From contig NC_092670.1 in the NCBI RefSeq assembly GCF_964355755.1, positions 11,890,795-11,954,794 on the forward strand: DNA of 64,000 nt, in the 5' to 3' direction. Positions 1 to 16,278 of the stretch are shown in pieces. How positions within the stretch are numbered: position 1 is the stretch's first letter; each line of letters begins with the position of its first letter. The position numbers and the translations under genes were made by a program. The stretch is from Antedon mediterranea. Its lineage: Eukaryota > Animalia > Echinodermata. The notes beneath the pieces are model-generated. The model worked only from the letters and a program-made list of their open reading frames with translations. It was not told where the DNA came from and did not search any database.

Positions 1-1451
1 TGGCAACTTTACTGATTATCTAAAGAATCCCACTCAAAATTCAATTTTCTTCCAACCTACATCTGGTAAAGAGATTCTTGAAATAATTTCTAATCTAAAA
101 AACAGTAAAAGTGCTGGCCTTGATGATATTGAACCCACGATTATTAAAAAAATTGGACCTTTTATTACCAGACCCCTTACCCACATTTTTAATCTATCAC
201 TAACTAATGGTGTATTTCCATCATCCTTAAAAATCGCCAAAGTAATTCCTATTCATAAAAAAAATGATTCCCATTCCTTTGAAAACTACCGTCCAATCTC
301 AATTTTGCCTTGCTTTTCTAAAATACTCGAACGCCTTATATACAATAGACTTTACAACTTTCTTTCTTCACATAAATCTTTTCATGATAACCAATATGGC
401 TTCAGACCAAAACATTCTACTGATCTTGCAATCCTGGACATTCAAAGTAAAATCTCTAACGCCTTATCTAAAAACCACCATACTATTGGCTTATTTTTGG
501 ACTTGTCTAAAGCATTTGACACTATTAACCACACAATTCTTTTAACTAAACTTAGTCACTATGGAATCCGTGGAACTCCTCTATCTCTACTTTCTAACTA
601 TCTTCAAAACAGACAACAAATCACCTCTCCTATCAAAAGGGTTACTTATTCTCAGTTCCTTGGTGTAACTATAGATGATAACTTAAACTGGAAAACCCAT
701 ATAACAAATATAGCTAATAAAATTTCAAAAAACATCGGTGTCTTAAAAAAACTTAAATATATTCTACCCTCTAATATCCTCTTTTCTTTATATAACACAT
801 TAATTTTACCTTATCTATCCTATTGTAACATTGCTTGGGGAATTACAGATACTAAAAATAAAACTCTCTGTCCATGGGCTTCCACACATATTTCTAAATT
901 AGACAAACTCTTTAAACTCCAAAAACGGGCTATTCGCATTTGTACCAATTCTCACTATATAGCCCACACAAAGTCCCTTTTCTTTAAACTTAATACCCTA
1001 AACATCTTCGATATTAACAAATTACAAATCGCCACATTCATGCACAGATATTCAAACAATCAACTTCCAAATATTTTCAAACATTTCTTCATCAAAAATA
1101 ATGAATTTCACAACTACAATACAAGAAACGCCAACAATTACGCCACAATAAATTTAACCCATAACACAATCCGGAATTCTATCAAATACCATGGTCCTCT
1201 AGTATGGAATAATTTAAGTCAATCCTTACTAAATACTAATAACTTAAATACATTCAAATCCAAATATAAACAATTCCTTTTATCACAATACAGATCGTAC
1301 TAATAAAACTTTTTCATCAAACTTTTTTTTTTTGTCTCACCTCCTGCAAGTATATATGATAGTACATATACTATACCCTTTACGTTTGTCCTCTTGTTGT
1401 GTTTGTATTGTCCTGTAGCTTAATTGTGTATAAAAAAAAAATATAAAAAAA

Positions 1452-1482
<31 letters not shown>

Positions 1483-1686
1483 TTTCTACTACTTTAATTA
1501 ATATTTAATTATTGTCTATTGTAATTGATACAATTATTAGTGTATTTTGTACTGGTGAAACCAGGCTTAAAGCTCTATATTGAGCTTATTTGGTCTTTTC
1601 CAGGCTTTGCATTTTTTTATTTAATACTTATTATGTAAAAATATTAAGTTTGATGCATTGTGAAATAAAAACGAACGAACGAAAAA
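1..1686 (+). mobile_element. Non-LTR retrotransposon (CR1/L2-like LINE), 3' part of ORF2 plus 3' UTR and tail; RT catalytic core deleted
   Basis: Frame +2 is open from 2 to the TAA ending at 1303. It carries LINE RT motifs KSAGLDDI, LKIAKVIPIHKK, NYRPISILPCFSKILE, QYGFRPKHST, FLDLSKAFDTINH, FLGVTIDDNLNW, LQKRAIR and HNYNTR. GVPQG and Y/FADD are absent (junction near 620). AATAAA at 1664-1669 is followed by an (AACG)n tail to about 1683. Confidence 0.9.
2..1303 (+). pseudogene. LINE ORF2 reverse transcriptase remnant (open frame, 5' end outside the window, catalytic motifs missing)
   Basis: The 305..1303 ORF extends upstream in frame to position 2. YLQNRQQ joins directly to ITSPIKRVTYSQFLGV. 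Confidence 0.85.
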
Positions 1687-2550
1687 CTGTTGGTTGCTTG
1701 TTTCCATTTTTCCAAAGGTTCACATAATCGTGATCTTAATTATATTATATTTTAAGTATAAATTACGAATGAGGGTTTGTTTATTGTAAATACATAATAG
1801 GAAAATAACGCTTAAAAAAGAACGACGTTTAAATTGACAAATGATTTCACTCGACTCGATAATTTCTGAATTAAAGTCAAGGAATTAGTCTTCCCTGGAT
1901 AAAAGCACGGTATTGGCCTAAGTAAGCACATGGCTTATTATGTTAATAACTTAAATTACTAATACTATTCAAGATTAAAAATAAATGATGAAATACGCTA
2001 GTTGCACACTTAAAACAATATGTTCGATGACGAATGTATTGCATTAATGATTTTTATAAAAATTCAATTATGGCTATATTGTAACTGGTTGTACAATGTA
2101 TATGTTACGGTTAAAAGTGCCTCTATCTGTTCATTTTTTATGTAAACCTAAACGGAGTTGAAGTAACATGGTACAAAAACAAATTCTCTAAAACTCTCAG
2201 TTTTTTGTTATTTATTATTATGAATTTAAAATGTTTTACTTGTTTCCTCAAAAGTTGCTAAGTGATTGCTGTTTCTTTTTAGTTGTGTCACTTCTGTCTG
2301 GTAGTGTAGATCTCTTAATATGCATTCACTTCTAAAATATCACCTATATCAGCAATTGTATTTGGTCTTATCAATGTTTATTGTTATTATCATTATTATT
2401 TTAATGATGAAATAAAAAAACTTCTAATTGAACTATTCTTTCTTCCAAATAACACATTGGCATAGGTATTTCTCATAAAAATATTCAATTTTTGTAAGCA
2501 ATCTAAGGAGATTACGTGGAAATACTAATGGCTCTCTACGTGTTATTTTG

Positions 2551-2990
2551 AAAGGTCAGCAGGTGCGGGCAAACAATTTTATTGATCATACATTCCTAAA
2601 ATTATAGATCTTAGTTTTGAGGATTTTATTGTTTTTACAAAATGTTGTAAATAGAGAGACTTTCAAAATTAAAAAAAACGGTACGGTTGAAAATTAAGCA
2701 AACAAATTGTACCACATAGACCTATACTAGCTATGTTAAAATTTGGACATATTTATATTCATGTAGCAGGATTAGACTTTCGTATTTTTAACTTGTTTTA
2801 CCATTGTTAACAGAGATTACCTACTACTGAAAAATAAGTCTGCCTAGTTTTTATCATTTTGCCAAATTCTGTATTTTACCATTTATAGGGAAAGTAATGT
2901 TTTTCAGTGATAATTTTATGTGCATTTAACCGGAATATATCTAAAATTCATGCCTTTATCTGAGCTTTGAAATATATAATTGTACAAAAT
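2551..2990 (+). mobile_element. Degenerate dispersed repeat, possibly a non-autonomous Kolobok-like DNA transposon
   Basis: Starts aaaggtcagcaggtgcggg and aligns by eye with 27672-28105 (ttaaaggccaggtgcgggg...) and 27001-27255, sharing blocks such as aaaagtct, ccagata.tatattt.aaattcatg and catgtttaaa.catg. Confidence 0.5.
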
Positions 2991-4124
2991 ATTGATCATT
3001 CTCAATCATTCATGTTTAAACATGACACAATGCAGCAGATTGCAATACACATTCATAAAGCCTTTCGATTGATTTTAATTTAAAATGTCCTAAAGTCCAG
3101 TTGCCACCTTACAAAACTCAAGAGCTATATCGATTTCAGAATAATTAAAGCAAAACGCAATTAAATATGTCCTTTGGCCAAATCCAACGCGCTTACAATT
3201 TTCATACATTGATTACGTAATAATATAACGTAGCGGTCAGACTTTTAATCTACTGTTGTTCATGTAATATGAAAACGATGAACTGTTTTAGTTTCTAGTC
3301 ATTTGTAGCATATTGGATACGTTAGTTAATACATTAATAATTGTACAGCGGATGTGTCTTTTGTTCAGCAAGGGCGCTAAGCTGAAAATACGCTTATTTA
3401 TAGATTTGGCATGTTTTGTCATTTACATATAAGAATTTATTACATTTATACATGATTCCGTTTCAAGGGTACTTGAAATGAATAATTTTCTCAACTGACA
3501 TTATGGGCATTGGAATATGTTATCAACACTCATTGCGTCAATAATATAACCTGTGTTTATGTAATATAACAGTTAAGGTTGAAAAGGCCCACAAAAGATA
3601 TAAAATAAAATCAAGCATTGAATAGAACATTTTGAAGTTTTAATTCACTTCAGCAGAAAAATAATAATTCAACTTATAAAAAGATTGAATAAATAATAAT
3701 TATTTCTTCCCATTGCCTATTTAAACAAAATTAAAGTACGATTCCGTAAGTTATTATTTTTTTTCGATTGATAATATGATATGATAACAAAATATGGAAA
3801 CCGTAAAGCCCTAATAAAATAATTATATTTATTCTTCGAAAAATTGTATACAGAAAAATTTATCTAAATTCTGTAAAAATATATAAAACATTTTGTGATT
3901 AAAAAGTATAAATAAATAAAAATATGAATAAAGCAACAAAACTATTATGAAGGTAGTTGAAAAACTTCGGACGTTTCCGCAATGTATTTTTATGGATTCT
4001 TTTATTGTTGTAGATATTACATAATATTTTGTTGAAATTTTTCAAAATTTCGTTTGCTAACCTTCTGAAAAAAAACCCCAGTGCATTTCATTCTTCAGTT
4101 GTTTTGAAGACGCTACAATCCTAT

Positions 4125-4298
4125 AACAAGAATTAAATCTAAGAACTAATAGAACTCCGTGTTAAGAGAAACAAAGCCAACAGCCATAAGTCGCGTGCTA
4201 AAACGCATAGTGATACCGGACCGACAGACAGACCGCCAGACCAACAGACCGACCGATTGACATAGTGAACTATAGAGTCGCGTCCACGCGACTAAAAA
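4125..4298 (-). mobile_element. HINE/DINE-1-like (Helentron-associated) non-autonomous element
   Basis: Terminal hairpin agtcgcgt-cc-acgcgact (4276-4293) abuts an A5 run. Subterminal inverted copy agtcgcgtg at 4189-4197, a (GACA/GACC)n microsatellite at about 4218-4260, and aacaag at the other end. Confidence 0.7.
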
Positions 4299-4834
4299 TG
4301 AATTGAGCACATTTTGTCTGTATTTTCGTTTTATCCAACAGCTTCCGGTAAAGGTTTGGCTTAAAATTAACCTTTTAGTTCATTATTTTATAAGTGAAAT
4401 TATTAATTTGTTCGCCTTTTCCCTTAAATGTATGATTTATTAATTATTTAAAAATAAAATTTTTGAGACAATATATCTTTAATTATTGTGATTCAAAATA
4501 CCATCTTATTAGAAAATGGTATGTCAATCTTCCCCGGTCATATAAACCACAACAATAAACAGTAAATAATGGCAGGATTCTTCATTGTAAAACCGTTGAA
4601 ATCAAAACAAAATGCGGACTATTCAGCTAATTAGCCAATAGGCATAACAAGTAAAATAATGAATGTTGTAAATAAAATGTTTACACCAATAAAGTTTGTA
4701 GACCTTTTCTTAGTGCAATAGGAACATGATTTAAATACAAGTTTAGGACATGTTTAAGAAAGCATAGAAAAGAAATAATGATAATTACACGAGGCCATAC
4801 TATTAAGATGGGTCACAGTACATCATTCATAAAT

Positions 4835-5065
4835 TTTAAATTGGGACAAAGTATGAGCTACGTCTTCTTCATAGAAGCCAATCATTACATAATGATACAA
4901 AGTTCAAAACAGCTCTATTTCTTACAGGTTTTGGTAACGGTACATCATCATAACTTTAAATTTCAAATTTAAAATGGGGCAAAGTATGAGATTAAGTCTT
5001 CTTAATATAGAAATTATTCATTACGTAATGTTAAATAAACACAATTAAAAACGGCTTTATTTCTA
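4835..5065. repeat. Diverged two-copy tandem duplication (about 135 bp period)
   Basis: aaattgggacaaagtatgag...gtcttctt...tcattac.taatg...aaaac.gct.tatttct occurs at about 4838 and again at about 4972. Confidence 0.6.
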
Positions 5066-5533
5066 TTGTATAATAGGCCTAATATTTTATACTATTATTT
5101 GAAATAAATAACAAATACAAGTGTGGCCAAACAGGGAGTTCAATAATGTAATAATATTGATTGTTATATGAAACTTATGTAGGATGACCACCAAAAAAAA
5201 AACTAAATAAAAAATTGGCCCAGTCCAACCCATGTCCGAAAAGTGGTTCAGAATTGGGATCATGATGAGTCATTTCATGGATTAAAATTCTTGAATATTT
5301 GTACGGCCTAATAAAAATAACAAAAAAATGGTCCAGAAGTTGGGATCATCATGATCTCTATTCCCCCTCCCCCTTCCATAATTTAGTTTTTGCCATCCCC
5401 ATGCTAACAGACAGAAAAAAAACACACACACACAAACAAATATCGCAGACACAAAATAAAAACATCCTTGGCGAAATTTTAACTACGCAATAGCGTAAAA
5501 CTTGTTTAACACAACAATAAAACTCGCAATCCC

Positions 5534-5706
5534 ATTGGCTATCAGCATTTCTTCAAAAGAACCAGTCGTATAAATAGTCTGCTAACAAATAAATCAAGTG
5601 AGTAGGCCTTTTACTTACTTACGGACACGCGAACAGAGGAGATACTTAAGTGCTTAATTACTATAATTAAGTTATTTACAATTTGCAACATATTTCTCAG
5701 GTAAAG
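5534..5706 (+). promoter_or_regulatory. Candidate core promoter and non-coding first exon of the zinc-finger gene
   Basis: Reverse CCAAT (ATTGG 5534-5538), TATAAATA at 5569-5576 and a donor CAG|GTAAAG at 5700/5701. The ATG exon is preceded by an acceptor (ttacag ending 7086), so an upstream non-coding exon is needed. Confidence 0.4.
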
Positions 5707-7096
5707 TATTAAACATTATTACTTTAAAAACACTTATACCAGTATTTAAAGTGACTTTCTGGTCGGAAACAGTTTCCAAATGATTGTTTATACAAAAGCA
5801 TGCCAAAGAAAGTGTCTTTAACAAATATTTTTTTACGCTATCAATTGTGAACATTGTAATATTTCATTATATTTAAAATAACATTTTCGAAATAAAGCAA
5901 TGTCGAAATAGCGAGTTATTTTTCTGTATTTGTTTTTCTTATCTAAACGAGAAGTCGAAAGAAAATAATTAAAACTACGCAATAAAAGCAATAATTCAAA
6001 ATACCATTGTTTTGGATTTATTTTGGTCAAAATTTTATTAATTCGCAAAATATTTTTGTTTTACTTAATTTAGGTGTAGGCCTAGATTCGTTCCCCTCTC
6101 GTAATATTAAACTATTAATTTATTAAATTCATTTTAAAATGCGTTTATTATACAGGTTTCGATCATTAATATTTCTTCGTTCGCTTACGGGAAACAAACT
6201 ATTTTAACTGACTTAAATAATTATACAGTTTTTATCAGTATGGCTTCGTCATAATACTGGCTACTACTATGTTACTGTATTCTTAAAATGTTCATTTGAA
6301 TCAACTGATAAACTATACATAACTTATAATTTAATTCTGCATATTTAAAAAAATGAGATTAGTAATAAAGTTACAGGTTTACAAAATAATTTTCTAATTA
6401 AACAGTTTTTATCATAACGTCTGTTTTAATCTTATCTAAAATAATATGGGTAAAATAAGATGCTATTATATTAATAAATAACAAAATTAATCATTACAAC
6501 AACTTATCAAGAGTATATTATATAATATGCTTTCCTAAAATAAAAGTTGATTTTTGGTCGAGATTTCTTCAACTCACGTGATAGCCCATTGCCATTACCT
6601 GTCCAGTATCATAGGCAAATTTATTTACAGTGTCACATAGGTATCATATGTACACTGTATTAAGTTACAATGGTTACACTGTATTTGAATATTGGACTTT
6701 AGGCTAAAAAGACAACCAGCTATTGCTATAGTGTAGTGTAGTACTGACTTTTCTACAATACATCTAGAGATAATAGGATCGTCTAAGAGATACTTGAAAT
6801 GAAGGATTACCAAGATACCATAAAACAACAAAGAGCATTTAAAATAAGATGCCTATTTGTTCTGTAACAACACAACAATACGGGATCAAAATGAAAATAG
6901 AAGAGTTGGGTCCGTTACTGTTTCAGAAAAGGTCTTGGAACAATTGCAAATGTTTAACAATACAAACATATTTCTGGATTTCATTAAACTTTACAAATTA
7001 TAGTTAAGAATAAGAAAGATGTCAAATATAAATAACAATTACATTAAATGGTATTAATTATGTTTTATATTTACATTTCTTTACAGAAATTCCAGC

Positions 7097-10526
<3,430 letters not shown>

Positions 10527-11059
10527 ATTAGAAACATCTCTAAGAAAAACAGCTCATGTAAATTATAGAGTGAAATATGTAAAATTCTAAATTTATAATT
10601 GGATAAGCGTGCATGTTTAGAGTTATTGTGTCTTGTTATGTTTTTTTGTTTTGTCCAAAAGTATATAGGCCTAATGCAATTATGGTGGTACATCGTTTAT
10701 TTATCATTCATTATTCCGAATAGCTTAGGCCTACCTTAACATCTCTATAAGTGTAAATTTATATAGAATAATTATACAACCAATAAGTCTATATCATATA
10801 TAATACATAGTAAAGTTTATTATAATTATGATTAAATAATTATTGTAGTAAAACTATTAATTAACAGTGCAATTGTACTTGGGCTCATGTAATAAATGTG
10901 TTTATTTGTAAATAATACATAATTCTATATACAGTAAATGTCAATCCTAAATTACGATATTGTAAAATAAATAAGCTTATCTTCTAATACGTGTGTTTGC
11001 TGTTATCTTTTGAATTTTGAATAATATACTTGTTTTGTATCATAATACGGTTTGATTAC

Positions 11060-11690
11060 AGTACAGTTCCAGTTGTTATCACTACAATATAGCAAGGGTA
11101 GGAGCCTTTCTTGCAACTCCTCAACTCTTTCTCCAGTTTGTATCTCACTATAAGTTACTAACTTGCAACTCTTTCTCCAATATTTAACACTGGCTAATGT
11201 ACATACAGTACTTGCAACTCTTTTTCCAGTTTGTATCACTCACTAAGTTACTATCTTGCAACTCTTTCTCCAGTTGTTATCACTGGCTAAGGTAATATAC
11301 TTAAACTCTTTCTTCAGTTTTTATGTGGCTATGGTACTATACTTGCAACTCTTTCTCCAGTTTTATCACTGGCTAAGGTACCATACTTGCAACTCTTTCT
11401 CCAGTTTTAATGTGGCTAAGCTACTATACTTGCAACCCTTCCGTTTTTATCACTCACTAAGGTATGGTACATACTTGCAACTCTTTCTCCAGTTTTATCA
11501 CTGGCTAAGGTAATATACTTAAAACACTTTCTCCGGTTTTTATGTGACTAAGGTACTATACTTGCAGCTCTTTCTCCAATTGTTATCACTAAGTTACTAT
11601 CTTGCAATTCTTTTAACATTTGTTATCACTCGCTAAGCTTCTAAACTTGCAACGCTCCGTTATCACTGGCTAAGATACTCGCAACTATTC
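11060..11690. repeat. Degenerate minisatellite, about 40-48 bp unit
   Basis: Core acttgcaactctttctccagtt is followed by variants of ttatcactggctaaggta or ttatgtggcta; about 13-14 units. Confidence 0.85.
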
Positions 11691-14111
11691 CTAAACATTT
11701 TCTTTTTCAATTTTGTAGTAAAGTTGTATTAGCCGGGCTTGATGTGTACTTTCTTTTAACTTTGTATCAAAGTTATACCTGTAGTTAACGTACACTTACA
11801 ATGTTGTCAGTTGGTACAAGATTGTATTCGGATTTATTGTATACTTTCAAGTCTTTCAATACCGTTTAGGCCTAAATAAACATCTTCCCATCACTGGTTA
11901 GTTTTCCTGAACTGTCATTAGTAGATGCCTGTAATTTTTACATTTGAATAAAATGTGCCTGCCACCTTAACATGAGTTACATTCTTTCCTATTCTATTTT
12001 GGTTTACGTTTCTTGTGCAGAGATTAGCCAATCAAAATCTATTATAAAAAGTATGTAATTTATAGCCAATTCAATCACTGCGCATAGATTGTTGAATTAG
12101 TCAAATTGGTTTCCAATACTGTATAAACGACTCTGAAACTGATATCACATCGTAATAGAGGTGATTTAGATAGACGTTTGGGCTCCTTGAAAACCAATTA
12201 AATTCAATTAAATTATTTGAACGAATATTTTCATTAATAATTAATAATAGTAGTTTTATCTTTATGTACTTCAAAACGCGGTGTTTACAACCATTACAAA
12301 TATACGTTATACACGGCATATATTGCCTGAAAAAATAATTCTTAACATGCTGTTTCTCATTTATTAGTTTAAACATTAACGACTGCGTAGTAAGTGAAAT
12401 GATTAATGACCGTCTGTGCATATTGAGCAATGTCTAAAACAATCGATAGGGATTTCTGTATCTAAAAATACATTCGCAATGCGATTTACTGTATATGGAA
12501 ATACACATAAAAAACAATTGCTGGTATTATGATGAACTACTGTTAAACTGGGCCATGAATAAATTAGCATGTGTTTCACACTGAGAAACAAGCAGCCATG
12601 ATAGTGTTGTTACAATGAGAAATGAGTATAGGTTACAATATTATAATATTATAGTGTATAGTACATTTTCTATTTCCCCTTTCAAACATATAATTTACCG
12701 GAGTCATGTTTATATTATGAGTATACATAGGCCTACTCTCTGCATGTGGTATGATAAATAAAGTTTTTTTGCGGTTTGTTTGGTACAATGTGCAATGTAA
12801 TGTTACTATACCAAACTCCTGGCTTAATAACAATTGCCATGAAATATGTTTAAACATCTGTTCACACACATGCTGATGCGTTTATTTCTGGTAGCCTACA
12901 TTAGTCCAGCCTGATGATATAATAGTATAGACATGGTTAAGCCTACTATAATATTCCTCATATATATAAGTTACAATTACTGTATTCTGGATCCACAAAC
13001 TTAATAGTGTCACATCTTAGGTTCAAGTGGCCTCAAGCCCAGATACTTAGTGATGGGATGTATTTGTACAATGCTATTCTGATTTGCTATGTACATATTT
13101 ATATGCAAATGTGTTTTGGCCTTTACGAATTATATTTTGTTTGTAGATCTAATTAAACATATCCACTTCACTTATCGCAATAATAGTTGCAAATGATTAT
13201 TTTGATTTAATCACATAACATTTAATTAAGTCATGTTTGTCCAAATTTAAATACAGAAATATTTAGTTGATACCGAAACAATATACTATAATTTAGTTGA
13301 TCTGTTGCTAAGCTCGGTATATTCATCATGTCGCAGGCTCCTCGAGACTATAGTATAAGGCTGCGCCTTGCGAGGAGCCTCTGAGTGAAATATTGAATTA
13401 AAAAATAATAATAACACATAGGCCTACGGTTCTAAAAAGATCACAAAGATCAAACCGGCCAGATTGAAATGTAGGCCTCAACTATCCCATAATTATTTTG
13501 GTGTGACAAACGGTTGATAGCCTACATAACGCCCTCTAAAATCATCATTCCATATCAATATTATTTTGTTTGCTTATTATGACGTAATCAATCAATACAA
13601 TTGATCGTATCTGTTGTGAATTACCCAACATTCATAACAGTATGTTTGATATGTAGCAATCGTTAATAATGTTGCCAAGTGTGTTTTCCCGTCGTTCTAT
13701 TTTTAGATTTTGAGAAGCATGTTATGCTTATAAATAGCCGTATGATAGTCCCGCGGTTGCTGTGTTGAACTTGTAGTGTCTTTCCGCACTACTGGATCAC
13801 AATAGAGTACTTATCCGGAGACTTTCAATGCTTTGTAATTCGGGTATTTGTACAAAAATATAAAAGAGTGAGAAACTGACAAGCCGGAGTTAACTATATT
13901 GAGATTTCAATTATTCTTCTGGATTACGTATAGGGTGTTATCGGCGTACATTCTATGACAGGATAGAGGCACGGCGTCCGGTAGTAGCAGACTATAAACT
14001 CTTGACATTATTAATCAGTCCTGTTTTATATAATACGGAACAGCAGCGCAAAATGGTAAGTAGGCCTCGTTATATTAATGTAGTTATATTTAATAGTGTG
14101 TGTGCGAATAT

Positions 14112-14270
14112 TTCTCGTATAAAATTGAAAAAATTCATCTCCTTCCCAAAATATTTTTGAAATCAAATTTTCGTTTTTCATGAAGGTGAAAAATAAACGT
14201 TGAAACTTACCAACGTTTCTCAAAGTGCGATGCTAAAAACGAAAATTTGATTTCAAAAACTTCTCGTATA
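14112..14270. repeat. Inverted repeat, about 25 bp arms (MITE-like fragment)
   Basis: tttttgaaatcaaattttcgttttt (about 14154-14178) and aaaaacgaaaatttgatttcaaaaa (about 14235-14259), bracketed by a direct ttctcgtata. Confidence 0.6.
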
Positions 14271-15537
14271 GCTATACTCACTGGATGGCTGGGTTTAATT
14301 GAAATCGGATAGATAGCTTAGGAGGAAGGCAATCCAAGAGGAAGTATCCAGATACTATTGTATTATAAAATAATATTTGCAGTGAATATTAAATCATGTA
14401 CTAATTGAATAGTACATAGACGGATTTAAACAGGTAGTGTTAACTTCCGGTGTCAGGTACCTGTCTAAACCTATATTTATGAAGTAGCTCATGAACTCTA
14501 CGCTATGATCATGATTGCGGGAGTGTACTGGAATGGGCTACTGAGATAAGTTGGTTCCGGGGATGAGTTTAATTATGAATGAATTTTACCTAAAATTCTT
14601 GCAATGATCTATTTCCAATCCTAGGCCTAAAGTAAAGTAAGCCCTACTCGAAACAAGGATTTGGAATTAGGGATTGGGACAGCGGTTGAAAATAAAATGA
14701 AATGAAAACAGTATAACATTACCAAAACACACTGGTTCTATTGGTAAAGCAGGAATTGATGGGGTCACGGTAACTGTAACTAACTAACTAACAGGGATTT
14801 GTACCCGTCCCTTATTGTACCCCCTGAATATATGATTTGTGTGTGTATGCCATTTTAATATCACATAATAAATTGGATCGAATTTTCCCAGAAAACTGTA
14901 ATTTAAATCAAAACAAAGTAAAAATGTTTTTTTTATAATTAAATGCAATACACATCTTTAATATCATATCTAAATAGTTATCATTAATTTTTGTGTGAAA
15001 ACTTTATATTTACGATTAAAATATATGATTAATCGATACAGAGCAGCAGCAGCTGGCTGGTGCTATTCAACAGGCTTTTCATTTTAACAATCAGGTTTAT
15101 GTTTTGTATAAAATCACTCAGACCGATATAATCTAGGCTCGTGTTGGATTTGGCTAGCTTACGCCTAAATGGGTACGGATATATCACACCACACGGTAGT
15201 CAATCTCGTCGTGCACATACAGGGATACATATTCTATTGTTCAATATATTTGTAATATTTATATATTATTTCGGAAGTATCGTATTCATGTCAAAACAAA
15301 AGGAAACCAAATTTAGCCCTAAATATGTACAAAAACAAAATAATTTCTATTTATGGAGGATTGTGGGATGATTAACATTTCTGTGTTCAGCATTGGGTCC
15401 TGTGCGATTAAGGAGAAAAATCCCCCTCAGCCAAAGTAATTTAACGGGGATAACATTTGCACTAAGACGATTTAAAAAAACATTAATAATTTACCGTGAG
15501 TGTGCGAAAAGCGTAATATATTTATATAACTAAAATA

Positions 15538-15551
15538 ATGTTGATGCGAAG
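15538..15551 (+). CDS. Candidate first coding exon (MLMR+AG) of the SEA/mucin/LDLa gene
   Basis: aataATG TTG ATG CGA AG|GTAAAT is 14 nt, phase 2, the same length and phase as the paralog's first coding exon (28369-28382). It splices in frame to the acceptor at 18769 to give MLMRSFDSPVYE. An alternative phase-2 candidate lies at 17799-17836. Confidence 0.4.
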
Positions 15552-16070
15552 GTAAATTTACGCATTTTGTTTATTTTTTTTTTAAAGCAATTATGGCCAT
15601 GATAGGATAGTTGGGTGAGTGGGTTCCGGTTAAATTGAATTACAATGTTATCAGCGCCTCTCAGGACATGCGTTAAGTAGGCCTACTATATCATACTAGA
15701 GGAAATTATGTTGTAGAATCATTATTGTGTGTAATGTGAATAAAGTCACGTGTACATCGGAAATTGTTGACGAATAATGTTTTATGAGAATACGGTCAAA
15801 GGTATTGAGTAAAACAATTGGGGTTGGGTAGTTTTTAGCCCCGGGATTGGATTACTTGCCGATGGAACCAATCTTGCCATGTATTGTTGGTTAGTTTAGG
15901 TGGTGCAAATGTGAATGCCAGGTCGTGATCAGGAGGTCGTTGATATCTTAAACGATATCGAGTTTTAATTAATTAATCTACCATCAGAAAACCAATTATT
16001 TAATAGTTATACAGTAGTATCAGTTCATCTTTCATACAATGACTATACGAATACAAACAGTGAAATGACA

Positions 16071-16278
16071 GCCGATTCTCGGTACTCTATCTATTTATTT
16101 AAGTACAGTATCATAGGAATATTTGGTAATACAACAACACATGTTTCGCATGTATCTAGTAGTAACCTAACCTTACATGATACAACCACCACATGTGATA
16201 TGTGATGCTGTATTACCAAATATTCCTCGATACTTTGGAAATAGATAGTATGTCGAGATACAGCACTGGGAATCGGGT
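16071..16278. mobile_element. Fold-back (palindromic) MITE-like element
   Basis: Arms ccgattctcggtac...ctatctattt...aggaatatttggtaatac and gtattaccaaatattcct...aaatagatag...gggaatcgg. A partial second copy lies at about 21129-21200. Confidence 0.65.

Noticed and set aside
5117-5478. Possible further HINE remnant (CA microsatellite followed by aaaacatccttggcg)
   Set aside because: The termini are too degraded to define, and there is no second copy in the window.
11060-11690. CRISPR-like repeat/spacer appearance
   Set aside because: The spacers are variants of each other, the repeats are degenerate, there are no cas genes, and the context is eukaryotic.
13729-13850. TATAAATA plus ATG...G|GTATTT as the first exon of the SEA/LDLa gene
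   Set aside because: The donor would be phase 1, which fits neither acceptor at 18765 or 18770; TATA-like words are common at this AT content.
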